Positions 1 to 11,475 are shown, counted from the stretch's first letter. The stretch: DNA of 64,000 nt from an uncultured Acidobacteriota bacterium (GCA_963724825.1 CAVRWT010000008.1:6893-70892), one strand, 5' to 3'. The notes: generated by a model not told the origin, from the sequence alone. Program-made: numbers and translations.

Positions 1-1
1 G

Positions 2-472
2 CCCATCGGGCTGTTGGTGATCTCAGCTCTGCGCGCTCGAGGGGTCGAGACCATCCTGGCCGCTGAGCCCCTGGACCACAGACTGGCGGTTGCTCGAGAG
101 CTCGGTGCGGAGCGGTGGTCGGATGACTCCGGCCTCGATGTGGTCTTCGACTGCGCCGGGACCGACGAGTCGCTCCACACGGCGTTGGAGGGGCTGGCAC
201 CGGGAGGTCGCGTGGTGCTGGTTGGCGTCCCCGATGGGGACCGCACCTCCTTTGTGTCCTCGCTCGCCAGACGCAAGGAGGCTTCGCTCCTGACATGCCG
301 TCGAATGCTCCCCGACGACCTGGAACGCGCCGCTGCGCTGGCAGGAGCGGGAGAGGTGGATCTGGGAGCACTCATTACTCACCGTTTCCCCATGTCCTCG
401 GCCGATTCCGCCTTTGAAACCCTGGTGGCGCGGACCGGGATCAAGGTCGTTGTGTTACCAGGTCACAGTTGA
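2..472 (+). CDS. Zn-dependent alcohol/sorbitol dehydrogenase family (MDR) protein, C-terminal part; the 5' end lies outside the window
   Basis: The frame is open from the window edge. It contains the Rossmann-half block VFDCAGT...GGRVVLVG and a typical MDR C-terminus (ITHRFP). Stop TGA is at 470-472. Confidence 0.75.
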   Translation, partial: PIGLLVISALRARGVETILAAEPLDHRLAVARELGAERWSDDSGLDVVFDCAGTDESLHTALEGLAPGGRVVLVGVPDGDRTSFVSSLARRKEASLLTCRRMLPDDLERAAALAGAGEVDLGALITHRFPMSSADSAFETLVARTGIKVVVLPGHS

Positions 473-1395
473 GCCAGGTCGGCCTCCACTGCCTCCCACA
501 GCCCGGTCAGGTTCGGGGAGACCGCGTCGGTTTGGCTCACCGCCTCCAACAATGAAAACCGGGACTCCGGCCTGTCCGACCATTCCCCGTCTTCGCCCAG
601 CATCAGCGTCGTCTCCCCAATCCACGGACGACGTCCCGGAACCAGACCACCAGCCGTGAGACTCTTCCGGATCTCTTCGGATGCTTCATCGACCAGCGTC
701 TGCGGAAGCGACCGTCCCCGGACGACCGCCCAACGGGCCAGGAACCGAAGACCACGCAACACGTCATACATGTAGAACCGGGGGAAACAGAGATCGAGCC
801 ACTCGGGGACTGTGACCTCACCACTGGTGACCGACCGATACAGGCGGTGATCGATCAGGTATTCGGCGCCTCGATCGAGAAACTCCACCTCCTCGAAGTC
901 GAAGTCCCGTCCGGTCGAGAAGAGCACGGCTTCCAAGGGGGGAAGAGTGGAGACGATCGAGCTCTTGGGTGTCGCCTTGGTATACGCCTCTTCGTCACAG
1001 TTCAGCCCGCCGTCGGGCAGCTGATACCTGAAGAACCAGGGCCGCATCCAGGGAAGCTCCTCATCGACTTCAATCTCGCACGCACTCAACACCTGATACA
1101 TCGTCCCAACCGCGCAATGGCACACCACATGCGTGCGGGTGTCGATTTCGGGAGGCAACAGGTCAAAGCGAAGAGGGAAGAAGGTCAGGTAGTGCGATCG
1201 GAAAGCGTCCACCATGGCGTCGACCGCACTCTTCGGGATGAGCTCGGCGAGCCCCATCTCCCAGAGCAGGGTCATGTGCCACCACGGCGAATCCCATTTC
1301 GGCCAGTAGGGGTCTTGCTGGATGCTGTCCTGGGCCAGAGGAGACGCGAGGTACTCCACTGATCGGCCGACTTCATCCTTGAAGTCAAAGCTCAA
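463..1395 (-). CDS. hypothetical protein (310 aa, Trp-rich, family not recognised)
   Basis: Long ORF with a protein-like composition. It is convergent with the ADH fragment. I recognise no motif. Confidence 0.6.
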   Translation of the reverse strand: MSFDFKDEVGRSVEYLASPLAQDSIQQDPYWPKWDSPWWHMTLLWEMGLAELIPKSAVDAMVDAFRSHYLTFFPLRFDLLPPEIDTRTHVVCHCAVGTMYQVLSACEIEVDEELPWMRPWFFRYQLPDGGLNCDEEAYTKATPKSSIVSTLPPLEAVLFSTGRDFDFEEVEFLDRGAEYLIDHRLYRSVTSGEVTVPEWLDLCFPRFYMYDVLRGLRFLARWAVVRGRSLPQTLVDEASEEIRKSLTAGGLVPGRRPWIGETTLMLGEDGEWSDRPESRFSLLEAVSQTDAVSPNLTGLWEAVEADLAQL

Positions 1396-1564
1396 GACGC
1401 CTCAGTCTCTCTGGTACGGCCAAGATAGCGACCGGACAGCCCCGAATCTCAGCCTCGGAGTGGCGATCCTTCGCCCACCAGCCATCCGCGAGGCTTCGGA
1501 CTCCCAGAGCTTCTTAGTCTTGCTTCCATCCTGAAAGTACGTACAACCCATTGGAGGTCATGAC

Positions 1565-1945
1565 GTGGCGGAAGAGACGGTCAATGTTCGTTACATGGTC
1601 CACGACGTGAATGCCGCGGTCGCCTTCTACACGAAGCATTTCGGCTTCGCTCTCCGCTCCGACATGGCTCCGGCCTTCGCTGACGTGGTGCGGGGAAATC
1701 TCCGTCTGCTGCTCAGCGGTCCAACTAGCTCTGCCGGGCGCCCCATGCCCGACGGATCAACTCCAAGCCCCGGAGGGTGGAACCGCATCCATTTCATCGT
1801 GGATGACATCGAGGCTGAGGTTGAGCGCCTGCGCGCCGATGGGGTGCATTTCAGGAACGAGGTCATCAAGGGCCCGGGCGGGAAGCAGATCCTGCTCGAG
1901 GATCCGTCCGGAAACCCGATCGAGTTGTTCCAGCCTGCTGGCTGA
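1565..1945 (+). CDS. VOC / glyoxalase-bleomycin resistance family protein
   Basis: GTG start. The 126-aa size and the N-terminal block HDVNAAVAFYTKHFGF, followed by IHFIVDDIEAEVERL, are typical of the VOC fold. Confidence 0.85.
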   Translation: MAEETVNVRYMVHDVNAAVAFYTKHFGFALRSDMAPAFADVVRGNLRLLLSGPTSSAGRPMPDGSTPSPGGWNRIHFIVDDIEAEVERLRADGVHFRNEVIKGPGGKQILLEDPSGNPIELFQPAG

Positions 1946-1976
1946 TCGCCGACCCCATCATCCGTCGGCCATGGCC

Positions 1977-3362
1977 TCAGACTCCAGCGCGGTCCCGTCC
2001 CTTGCCGGTGGTCACCGCGACCGCCTGGAGCCGGCTGTTCACGTTGAGTTTGGTGAGGATCGCCGACACGTGGTGCCCCGCAGTCTTCTCCGAGATAAAC
2101 AGAGTCTCGGCGATGGCTGCATTGGAGAGCCCGGCCTGGATCAGCGACAGGACTTCGGCCTGACGGGCGGTAAGTCCGGCCGGATTGGCCCGGGTCGACT
2201 TGCGCTCGCCTCGGGGCACGCTCTTGACACCGCGTCGTTGCAGCTCGTGTCGGAGGCCACGAGCGATGCCGTCAGCGCCCAGTTCGGAAAGCGAGGAAAA
2301 GATCTGATCCAGATCGGCCCCTGGGATCAAGGCACGGCAGATAGTGGCCTCGGTCGTGTAGCCGGCGCGGTCCCAGGCTTCCGCGGCCTCGGCGAGCTTG
2401 CCTGCCTGCTCCAAGCCGGCAGCTCCCGGCAAGTCCCCTTCGGGATCGATGCCAGTGCGCATTGCCCAGAACCCGACCATGGCGCGCCCCCAGTCGTCAT
2501 CTGCCCAACCCGGCAACCTCTGCGCCGCCTCGATCATTGGCATCGTCTCTGATAGCTCGATGACCCCGGTCCAGGCCGCCTGCAGAGCGAGCACCGCTGC
2601 GCCCCGGACGATGTCGTGGTCGGTACTGCCCCGCGCCCGGTCGAGGGCGCTCTCCAGCTTCAATGCCGCCTCCGGAGCGCCACGTCGAATCTCGAGGGTC
2701 GCTGAAATCATCAGCGAACCGACTTCGGTCTGTCGGCACGTGGTCTGGCCGAGCACCATCGCCAGTTCTCGATCCGCGTCCTCCCAGCGACCGATAGCGA
2801 CGTCGATTTCGGCCAGATTGGCGACGGCGGTGATGTACCAGGCGTCGAGTTCACGGGCAGCGGTGAACTCCACCAGCTTCTCGTTGTGCTCCCGAGCGCC
2901 GGGTAGATCGAAGAACCAGGTGTGACTGAGTGCGGTGTTGTTGATCGACCTTGCAGTTTCCTCATCGACGCCGCGCTCGATACCGAGGGCCGTGGCTGCT
3001 TCGATCACTGCTCGGCCCGTGATGTCGCCGAGCATGGTCAGGGAGGTTCCGACTGTGGTGGCGGCGTGGACCTCGACTCTCGCCGAGCCGGCGGCCCGCG
3101 CCGCCGCGATCGCCTGTTTCCCGGCTTCGATTGCTTCCGCCTGGCGGCCTTCGACCATGGCCACCCACGCCCGAGAGGCGAGGGCCAGCGCGAGACCCTC
3201 GGAAGGCGGCTCATCCTCGAGGACTTCGATGGCGAGCCCGGCGATCTGACGGGTGGCCTCGAGGTCGTTGTCCCGTGACATGTAGAAGGAGAGCCAGGCC
3301 CGGGCGTCTGCCGTCGCAATCCTGGTTTCAGAGAGTCTCCACGAGCTCCGCTGCATATCCAA
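1977..3362 (-). CDS. LAL/MalT-type regulator, downstream fragment: helical-repeat region plus C-terminal LuxR/GerE HTH
   Basis: The C-terminus LTARQAEVLSLIQAGLSNAAIAETLFISEKTAGHHVSAILTKLNV is a LuxR-type HTH. The TTG start in the track is probably not a genuine start (see the frameshift finding). Confidence 0.8.
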   Translation of the reverse strand: MDMQRSSWRLSETRIATADARAWLSFYMSRDNDLEATRQIAGLAIEVLEDEPPSEGLALALASRAWVAMVEGRQAEAIEAGKQAIAAARAAGSARVEVHAATTVGTSLTMLGDITGRAVIEAATALGIERGVDEETARSINNTALSHTWFFDLPGAREHNEKLVEFTAARELDAWYITAVANLAEIDVAIGRWEDADRELAMVLGQTTCRQTEVGSLMISATLEIRRGAPEAALKLESALDRARGSTDHDIVRGAAVLALQAAWTGVIELSETMPMIEAAQRLPGWADDDWGRAMVGFWAMRTGIDPEGDLPGAAGLEQAGKLAEAAEAWDRAGYTTEATICRALIPGADLDQIFSSLSELGADGIARGLRHELQRRGVKSVPRGERKSTRANPAGLTARQAEVLSLIQAGLSNAAIAETLFISEKTAGHHVSAILTKLNVNSRLQAVAVTTGKGRDRAGV

Positions 3363-4557
3363 CTGCCTCGCTGGAGGCGTTGGTCAGACAATGCTCCTGG
3401 GCAGCGGCGAGAAGCGTCTGGCGCAGCTGGTCGGTGCTCATCCGTCCCCGGAAGAGGAGGGCGTTTGCATAGTGGTGCGCCGCCTGACGGTGGGCCCCAC
3501 CACGGGCCGAGCTCTCGGCTGCCTGTAAGGAGTAGCTGACCGCCTTCGCATCGTCCTGGGCACCGAGACTGTGATAGGCGAGTTGGGAAAGGTCGGGGTG
3601 CGCGTCCACGTGCTCTTCCAGCTGCTCCAGTAGGCGGCGGTGGAGGTCGCGTCGCAGTGCAGGTGGAACCGCCGCTTCCAGGCTATGTCGGATCAGGTCG
3701 TGACGACAGGTCACATGACCGTCCGATGAGACGAGGAGCCTCCGCTGCACCGCGAGGTCGACGTAACTTCCGGCTGCGGGGTCCAACGCCAGCAGGATGT
3801 CGAGCGACACTCCGTCCGGGGACAAAGCCACCAAATACAAGGTCTCCAATGCTTCGGAGGAAAAATTGGCCGCTCGGGCCAGCACGGCGTTGCTGATGTT
3901 CGAGGGCAGCTTCGAGTCGGGGTGGCGGATCACCTCTTCGACGAGGAAGGGGTTCCCCAGGGTGGCCTCGTGAATCCGCTTCGGGTCGACATCGAGTCCT
4001 CGAGTCATCGCTTCCACGCCGGAAGGGGTGAGTGCGGGCAACTCGATCCTGGTGGCCGTCGGCCCAAGATCGGCGACCACCAGATGCATCGGATGGGCGA
4101 GCTCGAGGTCCTCGGGCCGGTAAGTGCAGATCAGCAGGCTCTTGGTGGGGGCGATCCTCCGTCCCAGATAGCGCACCAGGCCCAAAGTGGCTTCGTCCGC
4201 CCAGTGGACGTCCTCGACGACGAGCACGATCCGGTCACCCTTGAGCAGGTCGAGCATCCCGGCGTACACCGCGGTACGGCCCGAGCCGGTCCGTATTTCG
4301 TCGCAGAGCTCCGCCGGAAGATCGTCGAGCAGGTCGAATAAAGGGGAGAAGGCGGTGGGGATCCCCACCGGTTCGCAGGCGGCTTCCAGGATCCGGTGCC
4401 GATGGTCGAGACCACCAAGGAAGGCCCGCAGCAGCGAGGTCTTGCCGAAACCCGCCTCGCCCGAAAGCAGGACCGCGTTGCCAGTGCCTGCATCGGCCAG
4501 GTCGAAGAGGCTCGCCAGCTGCTCCTCCCGTTCCACCAGCGACACCGGCTCGATCAC
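3328..4557 (-). CDS. LAL/MalT-type regulator, upstream fragment: AAA/STAND-like ATPase
   Basis: Walker A is GEAGFGKTSLL and a Walker B-like block is IVLVVEDVHWAD. The ORF ends at TGA 3328-3330, which lies 35 nt inside the next ORF in a different frame. Confidence 0.8.
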   Translation of the reverse strand: MIEPVSLVEREEQLASLFDLADAGTGNAVLLSGEAGFGKTSLLRAFLGGLDHRHRILEAACEPVGIPTAFSPLFDLLDDLPAELCDEIRTGSGRTAVYAGMLDLLKGDRIVLVVEDVHWADEATLGLVRYLGRRIAPTKSLLICTYRPEDLELAHPMHLVVADLGPTATRIELPALTPSGVEAMTRGLDVDPKRIHEATLGNPFLVEEVIRHPDSKLPSNISNAVLARAANFSSEALETLYLVALSPDGVSLDILLALDPAAGSYVDLAVQRRLLVSSDGHVTCRHDLIRHSLEAAVPPALRRDLHRRLLEQLEEHVDAHPDLSQLAYHSLGAQDDAKAVSYSLQAAESSARGGAHRQAAHHYANALLFRGRMSTDQLRQTLLAAAQEHCLTNASSEAVGYAAELVETL

Positions 4558-4673
4558 GGGGATCGAGGGTACACCGACAGGTCGGATCGTCCCCGGCCGA
4601 CTCTCGCCCTAGGTCGGTCAGTCGGACTTGGGCTCCTTCCGAGGCAAAGGTGACCATCGACGCCTCCCTCGAC

Positions 4674-4925
4674 TCAGCTGTGTTCGCTGACGGGGTAGAT
4701 CTCGTCGGCAACCAGACCGTGGGCCTCACGGTGAACCGTGTTGGCCAGCTCGGCGTTCTCTGCTTCGACCAGGCAGAAGATCTTGCCGTTCGCCTCGTCG
4801 ACCCAGTACCGCTTGTACTCGACGCCGTAGTCAGCCTGGGTCTCCAGATCCCGGGCGTGGGCCTGGGCCACGTCGGCCTCCGAGACCCCGCCCTCGATGC
4901 TGTGCACGTCCATGAACAGTGGCAT
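4674..4925 (-). CDS. DUF4242 (SCO4226-like) small ferredoxin-fold protein
   Basis: An 83-aa ORF starting MPLFMDVH, with the layout I recall for DUF4242. The family is recalled from memory. Confidence 0.75.
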   Translation of the reverse strand: MPLFMDVHSIEGGVSEADVAQAHARDLETQADYGVEYKRYWVDEANGKIFCLVEAENAELANTVHREAHGLVADEIYPVSEHS

Positions 4926-5174
4926 GAGGTTCCTCCTTGTTCGCCTCGATTACCAACGTACGACACGTGCCGGGAGAGCCGCATAGGGAGAACTCCCTAT
5001 CTTGCGGCGCCGTCATAGGGACTCTGGGATGGGTCCCCAGCCCCGTAACTCGGGAGGTCCGCGGAGCCCAAGATGGGCAGCGCTCCCGATGTGCCCTGCC
5101 CGCCTCCGCCATACGTTCGCCATGTGTTCGACGGAACGGCGCTCACCGAGCGCCTCGAATCAAGGAGGCAGGAA

Positions 5175-5549
5175 ATGACACTTGCAATTCAGCGACAGCC
5201 CCGATTCAACAAGGTGCTTCTCGCGGTCGGATCTGATCGTCCTCGTCGCAGCGGCTCGCCGATCGGCATGAACCGGGCGGTCGAGTCAACGGATACCGGA
5301 CAACCCGGCCGTAGCGACGACTCACAAGATGCCGCGGGCTCGGGCAGCGGTTCGAAGTCGGTCCAGGACGACTACCTGGTTCCGCAGTCGATCATCAACC
5401 GGCAGGCCGCGGTGGAGGCCGAACTGCGCTTGCAGGATGGATATCTCCCGCCGACTTCGACGGCAGCGTCACGTCAGGCATGGATGATGGTCCAAGACGG
5501 CTATCTCCCTCCTGCCGAGCAGTCGACGATGCCCGTTCGGGCCCGATAA
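5175..5549 (+). CDS. hypothetical protein (124 aa) with a duplicated QDGYLPP motif
   Basis: AAGGAGG lies 7 nt upstream of ATG 5175. Third-position GC is about 70 percent by hand count. No family recognised. Confidence 0.5.
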   Translation: MTLAIQRQPRFNKVLLAVGSDRPRRSGSPIGMNRAVESTDTGQPGRSDDSQDAAGSGSGSKSVQDDYLVPQSIINRQAAVEAELRLQDGYLPPTSTAASRQAWMMVQDGYLPPAEQSTMPVRAR

Positions 5550-5736
5550 CCGAGCAGTCGCACGGCCGTCTCCTGGGATCCCCGGATGCGGTCCTTTCCG
5601 CTAGTCGGATGGGCGGATGCCCATCCGGTGGCCCGCCTCCTGGGACCAACCCGGGAGGCGGAGCCGCGTTTGGGTGGTCCGCCGCAGGGCGCTCGTAGTG
5701 CTCGACTGGTGGGAACTAGGCTCGGCAGTTGGTGCG

Positions 5737-6390
5737 ATGACGGACTCCATTCATGAACTGGCGACCAAGGTCACGACTGCCGACCTGGTCGATGCCATGG
5801 GCCGTATGCATCGGCATCGCTGTCACATACTCGATCTGGTGACTCCGACCCCGGGTCGTGTCCTGTTCGGCCCGGCCTCGACCGTCTCGTATTTCCCCAC
5901 CTGCACCGAGGTCCTCGACCCGAAGCGCTACAACTTCGCCAGCCTGTTTCATCAGGCCGTGGGCGTCGAATCGGAAGGACGGGTGTTGGTCCTCGCCAGC
6001 AACGGTCACCGCGATATCTCCCTGGGAGGTGGTGTCAAGCTTTCCCGGGCGCAGAACGCTGGGCTGGCCGGGGTCTTGGCCGATGGCCGCCTCCGGGACT
6101 TCGATGAGTTGTCGGGTTACGACTTCGCCACGTACTGCAGGGGAGAGGCGACGAAATGGGGTGGCGACGTGGTGACCCCCTTCCAAGCCAATGTCCCGGT
6201 GGTGATCGACGGTGTCGGGATCTTTCCTGGCGACTATGTGCACGCCGATTCCTCAGGGGCGGTCATCGTGCCGGGCAGCCAGATCCGGGAGGTGCTCGAG
6301 GAGGCGATCAGGGTGAACGAGGAGGACCTCGCCCACCTCGCCGAAATCAAGGCGGAAGGTCCCGACGATTTTCGTGAATACCAGTGGTGA
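5737..6390 (+). CDS. RraA family protein (RraA / HMG-CHA aldolase-like)
   Basis: ATG at 5737. The block GGGVKLSRAQNAGLAGVLADGRLRDFDEL and a length of about 217 aa fit the RraA fold. The upstream part of the track ORF (5617-5736) looks non-coding. Confidence 0.8.
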   Translation: MTDSIHELATKVTTADLVDAMGRMHRHRCHILDLVTPTPGRVLFGPASTVSYFPTCTEVLDPKRYNFASLFHQAVGVESEGRVLVLASNGHRDISLGGGVKLSRAQNAGLAGVLADGRLRDFDELSGYDFATYCRGEATKWGGDVVTPFQANVPVVIDGVGIFPGDYVHADSSGAVIVPGSQIREVLEEAIRVNEEDLAHLAEIKAEGPDDFREYQW

Positions 6391-6546
6391 TCATCGTGGG
6401 CCTCGACCCTCGTCGATGGTTCCATGGCGACGCAGGCTAGATGTCTTCGGCGATTCGTTCAGCGGTCGATCAGCCGTTGGGCACCCTCGGTGTAGCGGTT
6501 CCCCTGGATGCTGATCCTTTCGAGAGCGCCTTCGATCTCGTCCACG

Positions 6547-8038
<1,492 letters not shown>

Positions 8039-8091
8039 CTGCGACGAGGTTAGGGCCGGTCAGTCCTTGCGAAGATGAGGCCCCGTGCCAC

Positions 8092-10776
8092 TCACAACGC
8101 GCCGACTCCACCTGGCTGGCGAACCGGAGGCGGCAAGGTCTGGTGGTGGCTCCAGCGGGCCGCGACACGGTCGATGCGGTGGGCGTCCCCACGCTGGAGA
8201 GGCTTAGCCGTGGTGGGGGTGGCGGTCTTGTAGAAGAAGTACTTGGCGACCTCGACGGCCACCAGGTAGACGACAACGATCCCGGCGAGCACGGCGAAGA
8301 ACGTGACCGGCAGAGGCGCGAACCCGAGCGTGTCGTTGAGCGGGCTCTGGGGGATCAGCGCCCCGACGGTCACCACCGCGATCACCGAGATGAGAAGCGG
8401 GCGGGAAGGTCGGCTCTTGAAGAACGGGACGCGCCGGGTGCGGATGACGAACACGATGAGAGTTTGGGTGGCAAGGGACTCGACGAACCAACCGGAACGG
8501 AACTCGGGTGCAGAGGCGTGGAACACCCAGAGCATGATTGCGAAGGTGGCGAAGTCGAAGATCGAGCTGATCGGACCGAATCGGACCATGAAGCGGCGGA
8601 TGAATCCGATGTCCCAGTGCGATGGCCGGGCGAGTTGTTCCTCGTCGACGCGATCGGTGGGGATCGTCATCTGGCTGGTGTCGTAGAGAAGGTTGTTGAG
8701 CAGGATCTGGAACGGGAGCATCGGCAGGAAGGGCAGAAACGCCGCGGCGACGGTGACACTGAACATGTTCCCAAAGTTCGACGACGTGCCCATGAGGACG
8801 TACTTGATGGTGTTGGCGAAGATGCGGCGTCCTTCGGCGACGCCGTCGGCGAGCACGTCGAGGTCGCGCTCGAGGAGGATGATGTCGGCCGCGTCCTTTG
8901 CCACGTCGGTCGCCGAATCGACCGAGATCCCGACGTCCGCGTGGTGCAGGGCGAGGGCGTCGTTGACGCCGTCGCCGAGAAACGCCACCGCGGAGCCGGC
9001 GTCGCGCTGCGCGCGCAGGATGCGGGCCTTCTGCTCGGGGCTCACCCGGGCGAAGATGGTGGCTCCGTTCACCGCGACGGTGAGCTGCTTGTCGTCCAGG
9101 GAGTCGAGGTCGGTGCCGGTGAGCGTCCCGCCTGAGTCGACCCCGAGCTTGCTGCAGACGGATTCGGCGACGAGCGGGTTGTCGCCCGTGACGATCTTGA
9201 CGGTGATGCCGAGCTGGGCGAGCCGAGCGATCGACGCTGCTGCCGAAGGCTTGGGTTGGTCGAGGAAGACCAGGAAGCCGGCGAGGGTCAGATCGTGCTC
9301 GTCGTCGGTGGTCAGCGCGGTGAGCTCGGGAGCTGCCCGGCTGGCGATGGCCACGACGCGGTTGCCCGCACTGAACTCGGCGTCGAGCACTTTGCGTGCT
9401 TCGTCGGGAACGTTGGTGCAGCGGTCGAAGACTGCCTCGGGGGCGCCCTTGGTGATGAGGAGCGCCTGCCCGTCGTGTTCGGTGAGCACCGAAACACAGC
9501 GGCGGTCGTGATCGAAGGGGGCGATGGCGATCCGCCGGAACTCTCCGGTTGGGCTAATGGCCGCGCCGGGTGCTTCCCAGAGTGCGACGTCGAGGGGGTT
9601 GCCGCCCACGGCTGTGTTCCCGGTCGGGGTGGCCTCGTTGCACACCAGGCCGAGCGTGAAGATGGCGCTGTTGGGGGCGCCGGTGGTATCGATGGCTCGT
9701 TCGAGGCTGATGTGGCCGTCGGTGAGCGTGCCGGTCTTGTCAGTGAACAGCACGTCGATGTCGCCGAGGTCCTCGATGCACACGAGCCGCTTGACGAGCA
9801 CCTTCTTCTCGGCAAGTCGTCGAGACCCCGTGGCGAGGCTGGTTGACACGACGGCTGGCAGGAGTTGGGGGGTGATGCCAACGGCGACGGCGAGGGAGAA
9901 CAAGACGGCGTCGATCACGGGTCGGCCCAGGGCGACGTTGATCACGAAGATCGTGATGCTGAGCACCCCACCGACCTTTGCCAACAGCCCTGAGAAGCGG
10001 GTGAGGCCGAGTTGGAACTCGGTCTGGGGCTGGCGCTCTCCGAGCCCGACAGCGATTCGGCCGAACTGCGTCGTCGCGCCCGTAGCCACCACCACGGCGT
10101 CGGCTGCCCCCTGGTGGACGACCGTTCCCATGAACAGGCACGACGTCAGTTCTGCGAGCGGAGCGCCGCTCGGCGCCGGGTGCGCGGACTTCTCCGCCGG
10201 CAGCGATTCCCCGGTCAGGATCGACTCGTCACACTCGAGGTTGGCAGCGTCGAGCAGCCGGAGGTCGGCCGGGACGATCGACCCCACAGCCAGATGCACG
10301 ATGTCGCCTGGCACCAGGTGCGTGACCTCGACGCTCACCGACTCGCCGTCGCGTGTCGTGGCGACCTCGTGGCGGATCTCGGAGTGCATCGCCTCCGCGG
10401 CGCGCTCGGCCCGATACTCGTTGGCGAACCCGAGCCCGACCGACGCCGCGACGATCACCCCGATGATCAGGGCGTCGAGTCCCTCGCCGACCACCGCGGA
10501 CACGGCCGCCGCGGCGAGCAAGAGCCACAGCAACGGGCTGCGCAGCTGGCGCAACAACACTGACCAGGCGCTGGCATGGTGAGAGCGCACCGCGTTCGGA
10601 CCGAACACCTCCGCCCGTCCCGAGACCTCGGCGGTGGTGAGCCCCGACGAACGACTCCCCAGCGCATCGAGAACGAGATCTGTCGGCATGGCTGCCACCG
10701 ACTCGATCGATGGCAGCGAGGCTTCATCAAGCGAAAGTGCGCTTTCGGTCACATCCAAGTATGCAACGCCGCCCAA
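8092..10776 (-). CDS. mgtA: magnesium-translocating P-type ATPase
   Basis: P-type ATPase motifs DKTGTLT, TGDN and GDGVNDALAL are present. So is the MgtA-type C-terminal block LLNNLLYDTSQMTIPTDRVDEEQL...FGPISSIFDFATF. The track start is TTG; an alternative ATG lies at 10689. Confidence 0.9.
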   Translation of the reverse strand: MGGVAYLDVTESALSLDEASLPSIESVAAMPTDLVLDALGSRSSGLTTAEVSGRAEVFGPNAVRSHHASAWSVLLRQLRSPLLWLLLAAAAVSAVVGEGLDALIIGVIVAASVGLGFANEYRAERAAEAMHSEIRHEVATTRDGESVSVEVTHLVPGDIVHLAVGSIVPADLRLLDAANLECDESILTGESLPAEKSAHPAPSGAPLAELTSCLFMGTVVHQGAADAVVVATGATTQFGRIAVGLGERQPQTEFQLGLTRFSGLLAKVGGVLSITIFVINVALGRPVIDAVLFSLAVAVGITPQLLPAVVSTSLATGSRRLAEKKVLVKRLVCIEDLGDIDVLFTDKTGTLTDGHISLERAIDTTGAPNSAIFTLGLVCNEATPTGNTAVGGNPLDVALWEAPGAAISPTGEFRRIAIAPFDHDRRCVSVLTEHDGQALLITKGAPEAVFDRCTNVPDEARKVLDAEFSAGNRVVAIASRAAPELTALTTDDEHDLTLAGFLVFLDQPKPSAAASIARLAQLGITVKIVTGDNPLVAESVCSKLGVDSGGTLTGTDLDSLDDKQLTVAVNGATIFARVSPEQKARILRAQRDAGSAVAFLGDGVNDALALHHADVGISVDSATDVAKDAADIILLERDLDVLADGVAEGRRIFANTIKYVLMGTSSNFGNMFSVTVAAAFLPFLPMLPFQILLNNLLYDTSQMTIPTDRVDEEQLARPSHWDIGFIRRFMVRFGPISSIFDFATFAIMLWVFHASAPEFRSGWFVESLATQTLIVFVIRTRRVPFFKSRPSRPLLISVIAVVTVGALIPQSPLNDTLGFAPLPVTFFAVLAGIVVVYLVAVEVAKYFFYKTATPTTAKPLQRGDAHRIDRVAARWSHHQTLPPPVRQPGGVGAL

Positions 10777-10824
10777 TTCACGATGGATCAGTCCGAGTCT
10801 GGAGCATCAAAGCTGATCGGCCGA

Positions 10825-11475
10825 CTATCGATTCGTCTGCCCCGGGGTGAGCAGGCCGGTATCGAACGCCGCGCCAACCGCGCCCGCTCGGTCATTGACT
10901 CCGAGCTTGGTGTAGATGTGGAGAAGGTGGGTCTTCACGGTCGCCTCGCTGATGAAGAGACGCTCGGCGATCTCCTTGTTGGTCGAGCCTGCCGCGACCA
11001 GCCGCAACACCTCGAGTTCGCGCTGGCTCACCGCCTCCTTGCTGGAGCCTCGCACCTGGCTGAGCAGCCGGGCGCCGATGCTCGGGGAGAGAACTGCCTC
11101 ACCCCGCGCTGCGGCGACGACCGCACGAAGCAGCTCTTCGTGGGGGGCATCTTTGAGCAGGAAGCCGGTGGCGCCGGCCTCGATGGCGGGGAGGACGTCG
11201 GAGTCGGTGTCGAACGTGGTCAAGACCAGTACCCGGGCTTCCACCTTCCTGTCGGTGAGCTCTTTGATGGCACTGACACCGTTCATCTCCGGCATCCGCA
11301 AGTCCATGAGGATCACGTCGGGCTTGTCCGTCAGTGCCCGATTGATGGCATCGCGCCCGTTCTTGGCCTCGCCCACCACCTCGAATCCTTCCTCATTGGC
11401 GAACATGCCCCGAAGGCCATCGCGCACCACAGGGTGGTCGTCGACGATCAAGATCCGGATTGGCGGTTCAGCCAT
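10825..11475 (-). CDS. NarL/LuxR-family two-component response regulator
   Basis: Receiver domain (IRILIVDDHPVV...DVILMDLRMP) plus a C-terminal LuxR HTH. The ATG overlaps the kinase stop by 8 nt. Confidence 0.9.
   Translation of the reverse strand: MAEPPIRILIVDDHPVVRDGLRGMFANEEGFEVVGEAKNGRDAINRALTDKPDVILMDLRMPEMNGVSAIKELTDRKVEARVLVLTTFDTDSDVLPAIEAGATGFLLKDAPHEELLRAVVAAARGEAVLSPSIGARLLSQVRGSSKEAVSQRELEVLRLVAAGSTNKEIAERLFISEATVKTHLLHIYTKLGVNDRAGAVGAAFDTGLLTPGQTNR

Noticed and set aside
5617-5736. N-terminal extensions of track ORFs, for example 5617, 20079-21548, 27309, 54559, 52680, 56304-57467 and 15079.
   Set aside because: The extended parts are Arg/Pro-rich, overlap neighbouring genes or intergenic repeats, and precede clear family N-termini with their own ATG/GTG. 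In several cases those starts have an RBS. I trimmed the starts accordingly.
8143-10582. Long + strand ORFs (8143-9135, 8693-9511, 9524-10582 and others) antisense to mgtA.
   Set aside because: They are typical high-GC shadow ORFs. Their products are Arg/Gly/Pro/Ser-rich with no motifs, whereas the minus strand encodes a complete P-type ATPase with all signatures.
10777-10824. An M-box or other Mg-sensing leader upstream of mgtA.
   Set aside because: Only 48 nt separate the regulator stop from the mgtA ORF start, which is too short for an M-box. No conserved M-box blocks are seen.
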